A stretch of 63,860 bases of DNA, counting the filler, from Chrysochromulina tobinii (lineage: Eukaryota): assembly GCA_001275005.1 (NCBI GenBank). It is 6 parts of 6 records of this genome, joined end to end, with 100 filler letters (N's around TTAATTAATTAA, not from the genome) between each part and the next. Parts side by side here need not be neighbours in the genome. Positions count along the whole stretch, not along the records: positions 1 to 20,512 come from JWZX01000797.1; 5 more parts are not named here. The stretch is one strand, 5' to 3'. Positions within the stretch are counted from its first letter, which is position 1. Each line of letters begins with the position of its first letter. Positions 1-9,285 of the stretch are shown one piece after another. Below the pieces are notes generated by a model. It was not told where the DNA came from. It was given only the letters and a program-made list of their open reading frames with translations, and did not search any database. The position numbers were made by a program, and so were the translations under genes.

Positions 1-721
1 CGCCCTTGGATGCCTTCACCGACGCCGACATGAGGAAATTGCGACTCGACCAGCCCTCGAGCTGCTGCCACAACTCGTCGGCGGAGACATCATCTCCGCT
101 CCGATACTGGAACGTGTTCATCGAATCGTCCCTGAGCACACAACACTGCCATGTGCCGTTGCTCATGCGCCGCTCCCAGGTCTCTTGCTTCGTGCAGCCT
201 GTGAGCGCCCGAAATGGTTCTGCCACGGTGCCACCTGCGAGTGATCCATAGCCGCCAAGCATCTTGGCCATCGCTTTCTCAAGAAGCAGCGGCCACATCT
301 CGCCGTTTGGCTTTGCGAAGCACGGCACACCGCCGCGGAGGTGTTCGTATCCTGGAACGTAGTAGCCCGGCTGCAAATTCCTACACGGGACCCGCTCATC
401 AATCACGATTGGCAACGTCGAGCGCTTGCGGTGGTCATACAAGAGCACTGTGTAACGGCCGTCGGGCGCAGCCTCTGCGCCGTGGCCGAAGAAGAGGGCC
501 TCGATCTCCTCGGGGTAGTTGGCGAGGCATGACACTGCAGCGATCAGCCAGCAATCGCCGAGGGCCCCTTGCTTCAGGTCGCCCGAGTCGATGGTCCAGA
601 AGAGTGGCATGGGTGGCTCGTCCTTCCCACCGAGTCGCGAGGCAGGAACCCAGATGGGCTCGGCATCGTGCTTCGTGCCTTCTAGGGCGATCGAAGGCAC
701 GAAGGTATCGTCGTGGTACAT
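1..721 (-). CDS. Calpain-family (peptidase C2) cysteine protease, 3' end runs off the window
   Basis: Not in the ORF track. Manual minus-strand translation from ATG 721 gives MYHDDTF...DLKQGALGDCWLIAAVSCLA...GRYTVLLY...IVIDERVP...EMWPLLLEKAMAKMLGGYGSLAGG...RALTG, the calpain catalytic-Cys and WxxLLEKAxAK motifs. The frame is open to the window edge. An upstream exon is possible (CAG precedes the ATG). Confidence 0.92.
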   Translation of the reverse strand, partial: MYHDDTFVPSIALEGTKHDAEPIWVPASRLGGKDEPPMPLFWTIDSGDLKQGALGDCWLIAAVSCLANYPEEIEALFFGHGAEAAPDGRYTVLLYDHRKRSTLPIVIDERVPCRNLQPGYYVPGYEHLRGGVPCFAKPNGEMWPLLLEKAMAKMLGGYGSLAGGTVAEPFRALTGCTKQETWERRMSNGTWQCCVLRDDSMNTFQYRSGDDVSADELWQQLEGWSSRNFLMSASVKASKG

Positions 722-1005
722 CTGAGCGGCGGCGCGCGACGCGTGAGCTGTGCGGGAGCGCTCGGGAGCCCTCGCGCTCGGGAGCTTTTCCGTGCTCGCA
801 AAGTGCGGTTTCACGGTGCGTCCCGGTCCCGGAAAGTTGTCGCTCAGCTCGGCGAGCTACTCGAGCCACGACTGAAGGCGTTCGAGATTGAGAAGTTATA
901 AGTTAGAACTGTTTTTTGGTCAAACTCGAGGCGATCTGGCGTGGCCTCGCGCGAGCGACGCCGCCGAGCCACAGGACCAGGTCGGAACAGCGCTGCGCCT
1001 TCCAG

Positions 1006-1662
1006 ATGCTAACCGCGGCTTTCCTCTCACTCAGCTTGTTGCCACCGCTTAGCACGGTGCATAAGGAGCCGCTTCCATACACGCATCAACAAGTTACTCG
1101 CCGTGCATTACTTGGAGTGGCCCTAACCACGACGAGTGCGCTTCGAGCTGGTGCTAACGATGACAGATCCTCTGGCATCCCCGAATTCAAGAGCGTGGCC
1201 ACTCAGGTGGGCGGGGATGATTTTGTGAGCATTGGCAGTGCGGGGCTCAAATATAAGGAGGTACGCACTGGCTCAGGCGCCCTCGTGCAGGCCGGAGATA
1301 CGGTCGCCATTCAGTTTAGTGGAAGGTGCCTCAACCTCAACGGCAAACGTTTCATCTCGACGCAAGACGCGGCAGCACTGACCACGGGCCTGGCCATCTC
1401 CGAGCCCTTCACGTTCGTCGTCGGCAGCCCCACCGTCATTCCTGGCCTCTCGCAGGCGGTCGTGGGTATGAGCAAGGACGGCTATCGGCGGGTGGTGGTG
1501 CCGCAGGAGCTCGGGTACGATCCAGCGATGACGCTGCAGCCTTTGCCAGAAGATTTTGATCTGCAACGAGCGCTCGCTTCAATTGTGAAGAATCCAAATA
1601 GGGACGCGTCGCTCCTCTTCGACGTGAAGCTGGAGCGCATCAAGGCTCGGAACGAGAAGTGA
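1006..1662 (+). CDS. FKBP-type peptidyl-prolyl cis-trans isomerase, probably plastid/thylakoid-lumen targeted
   Basis: GLKYKEVRTGSG..VQAGDTVAIQFSG, PFTFVVGSPTVIPGLSQAVVGMSKDGYRRVVVPQELGY and LLFDVKL motifs. Hydrophobic N-terminus plus a TRRALL twin-Arg-like motif. Confidence 0.9.
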   Translation: MLTAAFLSLSLLPPLSTVHKEPLPYTHQQVTRRALLGVALTTTSALRAGANDDRSSGIPEFKSVATQVGGDDFVSIGSAGLKYKEVRTGSGALVQAGDTVAIQFSGRCLNLNGKRFISTQDAAALTTGLAISEPFTFVVGSPTVIPGLSQAVVGMSKDGYRRVVVPQELGYDPAMTLQPLPEDFDLQRALASIVKNPNRDASLLFDVKLERIKARNEK

Positions 1663-1976
1663 GCTCTACCCGATAGGAATCCTCGTACAATGTGTGTATG
1701 CCCCGATATCCATATACATCACTCCGACTTGACTTGGCTTGACTTGAGCTGTGGGGAACTTGTCACTTCCGTGAAAACACCCTTCTTTTATGAGAATCTT
1801 TTCCGCGGCCCCATCCATCCCACCACGAGCACCCGACCATGCCCACTCTCAGGACGCTGCTCTCGTTCGGACTTGTCAGCTGCGCGTTCGGTTTCAACGT
1901 GGCGACATTTCAGGTGGCGGGAGTGGCACGGCCAGCCTTGCGTGTCCGTCCGCCGGACATGTTCATCGGCTGAGCC

Positions 1977-2204
1977 ATGTCGACGGCGGTGAACTCACTC
2001 GTGTTCGCCACCGGGCTCACCGATGAAGTGACGGGCACTGGCTTCTTCCGTGAGAAGGTACGCCTGAGTCGCGAGCCCAAGACTGGTCTTCTGGCTGCCT
2101 ATCAAAGCGAACAGGCAACGCAGATCTTTCGCAACGTCTTGTTCTTCCTTGCTGCTGGTGCGCTGATTCAAGTCGCCAACAACTTTGATGAGCTGCGCAA
2201 ATAA
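1977..2204 (+). CDS. Small (75 aa) putative single-pass membrane protein
   Basis: ATG-started ORF with protein-like composition and a C-terminal hydrophobic stretch (IFRNVLFFLAAGALIQV). No family recognised. Confidence 0.45.
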   Translation: MSTAVNSLVFATGLTDEVTGTGFFREKVRLSREPKTGLLAAYQSEQATQIFRNVLFFLAAGALIQVANNFDELRK

Positions 2205-2693
2205 GTTCAACCACGCAAAGAGCGCTCCTTAGCAGATCACGCTGGAAAATGTAAGCTCCCCAATGACGGGCGTCTCCGACAAGCCATGACGGTATTGGAG
2301 ACGTGCCCAGAGCACCAGGAGCTCTGCAACTACAGCTGAACGCCTGTGTAGAAGCGCCGTACAACGGTATCCGGATACTCGGCTTTGAAGGCTTCCGGGG
2401 ATGAGGCCCGCCCTCTCTTTTTTCTTTTTAGAGCATCTCCAGGATTTTACATGCCTCGCCTCGACTGACCGCGGTCACAAATTCTTCGAACCCGTGGCGC
2501 TGTGGTGTACTCGCCCGTACGCGGTCGTACGGTCCTACTCCTCGGTAGGCGCTGGGCGTTGGGCCGTTGGGCTACATGGCTTACGTCGAGACGGTTTCTT
2601 CAAAATTGTTTCTCCGATCCGCCTAGTGTCGTTCCCCGGCCGGGCAGCGGCCCAACGCACCGTCCGAGCGCAGCTTCGCGACTAGCTCTAGCA

Positions 2694-3069
2694 CTACGAC
2701 TGCAACATCCTACGACTGTCTGTTGGTGCGAGGCGCAGCACGGATCCGGGCACGCGCTCCTCCCCGTCGTCCGCCGCGGCCCTGTCGGCGGCGAGCGTGA
2801 GCAAGAGCCAGACCAGGAACTCGGTGCGCGAGAGCCCCTGCAAGCGCGCGAGTTGGTCGACCTTGCGCCGCGCGCGGCTCCACAGCGCAGGCGCAGGCGC
2901 CACATAGTCCCATCCAGACACTTCGCCTCCTTGCGAATCCGAAGCCCGCAGCCCAATGCTGCCCTCGCCGCCGTCCAGAGGCTCAAGGTGCAGGTGTGAC
3001 GGGTATGCGAACACGTCGAGAAAAGGCAAGTCGCCACTGTTGAGGTCGGCAACTCCTCCGCCGCCGTTC

Positions 3070-3113
<44 letters not shown>

Positions 3114-5216
3114 GCCACCACCCGTGAAAGCACCGCTGCTCTCGGCGGCCGCGCCGCCGCTGCTGGCCACCTCTGGTTCCACCCTCCTCCGATGGGCCCG
3201 CGGGCGCAGCGGCGAGGGCACCTGCTTCGCGAGGAGCGCCGACCAGCGGATGTGCTCGAACCACGCGTGGGCGCGCATTGTGGCGGGATCGGCCAGACGC
3301 GAATGCTCGTCGCGCACCAGGAGGCGATCGACGAGCTCGCGCGCGCCAGCCGAGGGCGACGGCGGCGCGCCGTCCTGAGCGCTCTCGTCAGGCTCCGGAA
3401 TCTGGCCCTCGCCGCCGTGATCAGGCGGTGTGGCGCCCGGTACGGCGTCCGTGCCGCCGCCCAGTACGGCGCCCAGCTCGAGCGCGCCTGCGGGCCACGG
3501 CGCTCGCCACGGCGCTCGCTCACCGTGGAGGATTTCGTCGATGAGCCGAGCGTGCGCATGCATGTGCTTTTGGTCGGCGGGGTATGGAGGACGACCAACA
3601 AGGCACTCAAACATGAGCACCCCGTAGGACCACCAGTCCGCCGCCACCGTGTACCCCTTGCCTCGGAGCACCTCGGGGGCGGCCGCGAACGGCGTGCCCA
3701 CGACCGTGTAGGTGCGCCCTCCCGAGGTGAGTCGCTCATCGCGCTTGGCCGCGTTCAGGTCGGCGATCTTGACGTGACCGAGCGCGTCGATGAGCACATT
3801 CTCGGCCTTTATGTCGCGGTGGATCACGCCTGCGTCGTGTAGTGCCTCGATGGCGAGCAGCAGCTCAGCGCATACGAAGCACGCGGCAGGCTCGGGCAGC
3901 CGTCCATACGGCCCCGAGCGGATGTGCAGCCCGAGGTCACCGCCGGCACAGTAGTCCATCACGAGGTACAGGTGCTGGCGGGTCTGGAACGCGCTGTGAA
4001 GCTGGACGACGAACGGATGACACGTCAAGGATTCGTCAAGGATTCGTCAAGGATGCGTCAAGGATTCGTCAACGCAACGCACCTGGACGACGAACGGATG
4101 ACGAATCCTTGACAAGATGTCTCGTTCGGCACGCGCGCCGCGCAGAGCGGTCACGCCGCCCTCGGCAGTGGCCTGCTGCGGCCCGATGCGCACCGCCTTG
4201 AGCGCGACCTGCTGCTTCGTATCGCGGCGCACGGCCTTGATGACTGTACCGAAACCACCGCGGCCGAGAACCTTTCGCTGCTCGAAGAGGGCCGCTCCGA
4301 GGGCCGAGGTGAGCGCTTCGGAGACCTCGGCGGAATGCGACTCGGCGCTCGCGAGATCGAGCGCCGACTTGCCCGAGAAGACGCCCGCGCACGCGGTCAG
4401 CAGCGTGTCGGCGTGCGCGGCGAGTAGCGCTTCGACGACGCTCGCTTGTGCCTTGAGGCACGCCCAATGCAGCGGCGTCACGCCGAATCGGTCGGGCGCA
4501 TCCACGCTGGCGCCGTGGCGCACGAGCGCGCGGACCGCGTCCGCCTGGCCGTAGCCCGCCGCATAGTGCAACGCGGTCCGCCCGACAGAATCGCGGTGGT
4601 CGACGAGCACGGCCGGCGGCCGACGGCGGGAGGGGTGGGCGGCGCGCACGCCATTGCGCTCGCCCGCCGCCGCAGAAGAGGATGGCGCAGCGGCGGAGGG
4701 GGCAGAGGCGGCAGCTGAGGGTGGCAGGGGTAGGGCGCTCGGCTGCAGCGGCGAAGACGAAGAAACTGGCAAGTCGGCAGATGGCGCCGCGAGTGCGAGC
4801 TGCTCGCGCAGTCTGTCCCACTGCTTGAGCCGGGCCAAGTCGACTGGCTGCGCGGCCAGCCAATCCCTCGCTTGGATGGCGGAGGTGGGCGAGGTGGAGA
4901 GCGCGGATGAGTAGAGCCCGATGTCACCGACGTCAGCCAGCTCGCCGTTTCCCGCGAAGTCCGGAAAGATCACCGGGATGTGGATGGAGGGACTCCTGCT
5001 GGGGACTGGACTCCTTCCAGAGCCGCTGCTCTTCGCTGAGTGGGTCGCTTCATTCTCTGAGTCGCTGCTGTTCGACGGACGGATCCCCGAGCCAAACAAG
5101 CTCCACCCGCTCCCGCTCTGCGTCGGTGAGCGACGTTGCGCGGCCGCCACCGTCGCCACAATTGCAGCCATCAAGAATAGATTCGGAGGGGCTCGGCGAG
5201 TTTCGTCGTCGGACAC
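2694..5216 (-). CDS. Ankyrin-repeat AGC-group Ser/Thr protein kinase (2 exons; intron 4002-4082)
   Basis: Ankyrin motifs GRTALHYAA and GVTPLHWAC. Kinase motifs LGRGGFGTV, VALK, HPFVVQ|LHSAFQT, HRDIKAENVL, IADLN (DFG variant), VGTPFAAAPE, DWWSYG. A GT..AG intron joins two same-frame ORFs. Confidence 0.92.
4002..4082 (-). other. 81-nt spliceosomal intron with 20-nt flanking duplication and internal 11-nt repeats
   Basis: GTGCGT...CCAG. CTGGACGACGAACGGATGAC occurs at 4002-4021 and 4083-4102. The intron contains an in-frame stop. Confidence 0.88.
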
Positions 5217-5329
5217 CCTCCCCCCCCGTTTGATTGCATGTCTGCATTGCGCGCGTGCCGGAACCTTTCGGCCAACCGTCTACGTCTTCATTGCATGCTT
5301 GAGATTCTTTCTTGACTCTTAGTTTCCTA

Positions 5330-6877
5330 ATGCCCAACGCGGAGTACGTCGGGCCGATCGGCGTCTTCGCGCACGACTTCAAGAATGCGGAGAAGTTGCA
5401 GGCGGCGGCCCGCGGTTATCAAGGCCGTTGCGAAGTCAAACGAATGCACAAGTCGTGCTTGGTCATCATCGCGGCCTTGCGAGGCAAAAGGGCTCGGAGG
5501 GCCTATAGGAAGAAGGTGCGAGCCGCGGAGATAATTCAGAAGAGCGTGCGAAGGAAGCAAGCTGCGCTCGAGGAGAGCCGGTCGCGTGTCAAGGAGCTTT
5601 TCCGTGTCGAGGCCGCCCGCACGATCAAGCGCTTCATTGATGCTGTTGACGACGAGGATCTCGAGGCGCTGGGGAAGGTGGTCACCACCACCTCGACGCT
5701 GATCGTCGAGCTGCAGGGCGCGGGGGTGACCGTGTCGAATACGTACAAGGGCGTGCGCAGCTTCATCTCCAAGAAGCAGGAGGCGTCAAAGAAAGGGCTG
5801 CGCCACGTGAGCCTTGACGTGATGCCGCTGCGGCTCGTCGCAGAGTCCTTCACGTTCCCGCGCAGCGGCACCAAGCCTGCGCTGGTCGCGGAAGCCACGT
5901 ACGTGCGCGACGTGCAGGGTGGGCGGCTCCAGGCGCGCCTCGAGTACGTGGTCCGAACCGCCAACACCGAGGACCGTGAGAAAGGCCGCAAAGCCTGGGT
6001 ATTGCTCAGCATGGGTATCCCTCCCCAGTGTCACGTGGTCACGCACCGCATCATGCACCAAAGGGCGGACTCCTTTCTCGGGCTCACCGCACCGAACCCG
6101 GACGTTACATGCGAAACAACAGCCAAGATGGTGGGCTCGGCACCGCCGCCGCCGCCGCAGCAGCAGCAGCAGGAGGAGGAGGAGCCGCAGCCGCAGCCAC
6201 AGCTGCAGCTGCAGCAGCGGTCGGTGTCACTTCCCGTATTAAGCGTGCCGGCGAAGATCATGGTATACTCGCACGGGGCTGCCGACCAGGTCAAGCGGCA
6301 AGCAGCGAGAGGTTCGATCTTCTCGGATCCAGTACGCATCGAGGCAGCAGTGCTTGACCTCACGAGGTGGCTTGACGAACGCAGCCCGGCCGGGACTCGG
6401 CTCCAGCGTCCAGGCTCCAGGAGTCGGTCCAGGCTCCTGGCTCAGGCCTCAAGCAGCGGCCAGCATGGCTCCAGCCTGGAGCCATGGCCTCCAGAGTGCA
6501 CTCGCAGCCGCAGTAGGGACATTAGGGTGCTGCCGCCGCTGCCGCGTCTACCCGACTTACCGCTGTGGCTCCAGCCACCCGAGAGCCGCGCCATCGCCCG
6601 CGACCGGCGCGCCCTCAGCCGGCATCTCTCGCGCCAGTCAGTCGGTCGGTCGGGTATCTCGTGGTCGCACCATTCCGCGGTCTTCCGCCTCAAGTACAAT
6701 GGCAACCTGCGCACGGGAACCGGCATCCGGCTGGCGCCGACTGTGAAGCTGAAGGTGCCGCTGTGCGGCCACCCAGGACAGGCGACCGCCTCGGCGCTGC
6801 CGCTCATGAGCACGTTACCATCGAAGTTCGAGGCGGAGCCTGGAGAGGAGGCGGCCCTCTCCAACACCATTATTTGA
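5330..6877 (+). CDS. IQ-motif-containing protein of unknown function
   Basis: Long ORF with IQ-like motifs LQAAARGYQGR, IIAALRGKRARR and IQKSVRRKQ, followed by an NTF2-like or unknown region and a low-complexity tail. Confidence 0.65.
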   Translation: MPNAEYVGPIGVFAHDFKNAEKLQAAARGYQGRCEVKRMHKSCLVIIAALRGKRARRAYRKKVRAAEIIQKSVRRKQAALEESRSRVKELFRVEAARTIKRFIDAVDDEDLEALGKVVTTTSTLIVELQGAGVTVSNTYKGVRSFISKKQEASKKGLRHVSLDVMPLRLVAESFTFPRSGTKPALVAEATYVRDVQGGRLQARLEYVVRTANTEDREKGRKAWVLLSMGIPPQCHVVTHRIMHQRADSFLGLTAPNPDVTCETTAKMVGSAPPPPPQQQQQEEEEPQPQPQLQLQQRSVSLPVLSVPAKIMVYSHGAADQVKRQAARGSIFSDPVRIEAAVLDLTRWLDERSPAGTRLQRPGSRSRSRLLAQASSSGQHGSSLEPWPPECTRSRSRDIRVLPPLPRLPDLPLWLQPPESRAIARDRRALSRHLSRQSVGRSGISWSHHSAVFRLKYNGNLRTGTGIRLAPTVKLKVPLCGHPGQATASALPLMSTLPSKFEAEPGEEAALSNTII

Positions 6878-7265
6878 AGTTAAAGAGAACCGAGAACTAA
6901 CGCGAGAACACGTGTTAACAACCTCGATATTGCAGTCACTGCAACTGCGAACGGAAACGCACCGCGGCCACTATAGAGAATATAGACAATGCGCATCGCA
7001 CCCGCGGCCCCGGCGCGCACTCCGCCCCCCACTCGCGTCGAACTCGCCTAACTTCCAAACGGCTGCGCTAGCGGTAGCACACTGGCCACCCTGCCACTGG
7101 CCTCACAGCACTGCACACCCACACACCTCACAGGCCCACCTGCAGCCCCCACACGAGAGCGTGACCGATGGCGTCCACAGAGACAAGGGTGCATTTCGGG
7201 CGCTCGATGCGTACGGCTCAATGCGTACGGCTGTATCTCGCGAGGCGCACGGTAGCGCCGCGGCC

Positions 7266-8807
7266 TCACTTCGCCTGGATGCTGTACATGTCTCCGCCAG
7301 AGCCGAAGAGATTGCAGTGCACGTGCTTCCCGGCGGCGACAGCGTAAACCCGACCGTCGTCCATGGACTTGATGTCAGCAGTCACCATGGAGCCGGAGGT
7401 GACCATCGTGAACAGCGGCTCGGCTGCTTGCACGCCAAAGACGGCGATCTGTGGCGAGACGCCAGCACTCCCCCCCCACGTAGCCACCACGAAATGCTTG
7501 CCATCCTCGGAAGCTGCCATGGCGCTGGGCAGGTTCTGCACCGTAGAGCCAGCGTCGGAGGGATACGGGTACGTCCACAGCGGCGTCATCGGCGCCTTCA
7601 CATCGTGCAACATCACGGTCACCTGTGTGTACGTAAGCGCCGTCCAGCCAATCGCGAGCGTGTGCGAAGCTTCCCCAGCGGGCTCGGATGACCTCTGATG
7701 ACCTCCGATGACCTCGGATGATCTCGGATGAGCTCGGATGAGCTCGTCAGCTTGAATCGTCTGCACGCTGCACGCGGCAGCAAAGGCTGCACCCGGCGCA
7801 GGACCGTTCAGGCTGGCGACCTGGTCGTAGCTGGCCCCATCCTTGGACACGTGGAAGAGATCAAAAGTCTCGAAGCCATAGCCCATCACGGCGCCATCGC
7901 GCGAAAAGCAGAGGGTGCTCGTCGAAAAGTCGAACTTGTCCTGCCAGAGCAACGTGCCTGTTGAGCGCTTGATGACGGCCACGGCCACCTCCTTCGTGCC
8001 GGACACGACCGCCGCAAAGAGGTTGGTGGTGCTGATGAATGCCCGAATGTTGCTGTCCCCGAAAGTAGTGTTGTCGGCGTTCCACACACCCAAGAGTCCG
8101 CCTGTGGCCGCGTCCCATTCGTACATTTGCCCGTGGAAGCCGGTCTGGGCTGGGTACGGAGGGAGGGCGTATGTGACGGCGACGCTGACCACTTGCCCAT
8201 CGGGTGAGACCCCGATGGCGGTCGCGCCAACGTTGCGAATGACGGTCTCCCAAAGCTTAAACCCGGTGCTTGTCACGGTGGCAGTCACCGTGCACTGGGC
8301 CGCGTCGGCACCCACCGCACAGAGCGCGCTAGCCGTGATGTTTTCCGCCGACGCGCTGATGTAGCCTTGGCCCGATGCGGACCACACTACCGTGGAGCTG
8401 TTCGCGTTGTACACGTCCACTGCTGCCTCGGGCCCGCCGTTGTCGCCGAGACTCGCGGCGATGAACGGCACTGGGTCCAACGAACCGTCGCCGTACGAGA
8501 ACGTGGTGGTGTCGTAAATGGCTTCGTCGTCGGAGACGTGGAAGAGCACTTTCCCCGCGAGTGGCATGGGCGCTGACGGCAGCGTGACACGCTTCGTCGC
8601 GTTGTTGTGGATGGAGAAGCTATCCGACTCGGCTTTCCACTGCGCCAGTTGGCGCCGAACCTGTTCGTCGGGGGCGTTGCCGATCATCTGCCGCACCGTG
8701 TGCGGCAGCTCCTGCACTACTTGGCGGGGCACCAATGTGGCAGGGAAAGCGACCGCTACATGCAGGACGCACGCCAGACTCGTGGCAGCCCGAATAAACG
8801 ATGCCAT
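7266..8807 (-). CDS. Secreted beta-propeller-like (PQQ/WD-like) protein
   Basis: Signal-peptide-like MASFIRAATSLACVLHVAVA. Repeated TG.xLW and SxDG turns (TGFKLW, VSPDG, TGTLLW, FSRDG, SEDG). Confidence 0.7.
   Translation of the reverse strand: MASFIRAATSLACVLHVAVAFPATLVPRQVVQELPHTVRQMIGNAPDEQVRRQLAQWKAESDSFSIHNNATKRVTLPSAPMPLAGKVLFHVSDDEAIYDTTTFSYGDGSLDPVPFIAASLGDNGGPEAAVDVYNANSSTVVWSASGQGYISASAENITASALCAVGADAAQCTVTATVTSTGFKLWETVIRNVGATAIGVSPDGQVVSVAVTYALPPYPAQTGFHGQMYEWDAATGGLLGVWNADNTTFGDSNIRAFISTTNLFAAVVSGTKEVAVAVIKRSTGTLLWQDKFDFSTSTLCFSRDGAVMGYGFETFDLFHVSKDGASYDQVASLNGPAPGAAFAAACSVQTIQADELIRAHPRSSEVIGGHQRSSEPAGEASHTLAIGWTALTYTQVTVMLHDVKAPMTPLWTYPYPSDAGSTVQNLPSAMAASEDGKHFVVATWGGSAGVSPQIAVFGVQAAEPLFTMVTSGSMVTADIKSMDDGRVYAVAAGKHVHCNLFGSGGDMYSIQAK
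7682..7746. repeat. 6 x 10-nt GGATGACCTC-type tandem repeat, in frame inside the CDS
   Basis: ggatgacctc tgatgacctc cgatgacctc ggatgatctc ggatgagctc ggatgagctc, flanked by GCTCG at 7682 and 7742. Confidence 0.85.
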
Positions 8808-8984
8808 GTCGATGATTACTGTCGCGACGCTCGTACAGACAGAGCTTCCGTCCGCGGCCACGGAAAAACATGCATCACGGCCACAGAGGGGGGGGACTCT
8901 TTGTTCAGGGTACCCGGTAGTCAATTAGATTCGTCGCGGTCCCCCCGAACTTTGATCAGAACTTTGATCATTTCACACAGTCAG

Positions 8985-9061
8985 TCAATCAGTTTCGTCG
9001 CGGTCCCCCTGCGCTCACCTCACTTGCTCAAAGGACGGCTCCGCTCCCCTCGGTCAACACA
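8985..9061. repeat. Dispersed ~80-nt repeat, copy 1 (partial extra copy at 8921-8945)
   Basis: TCAATcAGTTTCGTCGCGGTCCCCCTG..GCTCACCT..CTCAAaGGACGGCTCCGCtCCCCTCGGTCAACACA matches 11618-11699. Confidence 0.85.
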
Positions 9062-9285
9062 AGTATACCGACTACTGTGTACTCGCCATCATGGTACTCG
9101 CTCGCTCGGCCCAGGCTCGGGCTACTCAATCTCAAATCTCAATTTCGCAAGTGAGGTCGAGGTCTCTCTTACCCTGAACCCCCCTCCCATTTCACACATT
9201 TAACCTCTGAAGTCTGATGATCCTCCGTCGACTGTCCACATTAGGGACCACTCTAAAATCCTCACACAAAATCATTCGTGGACGA

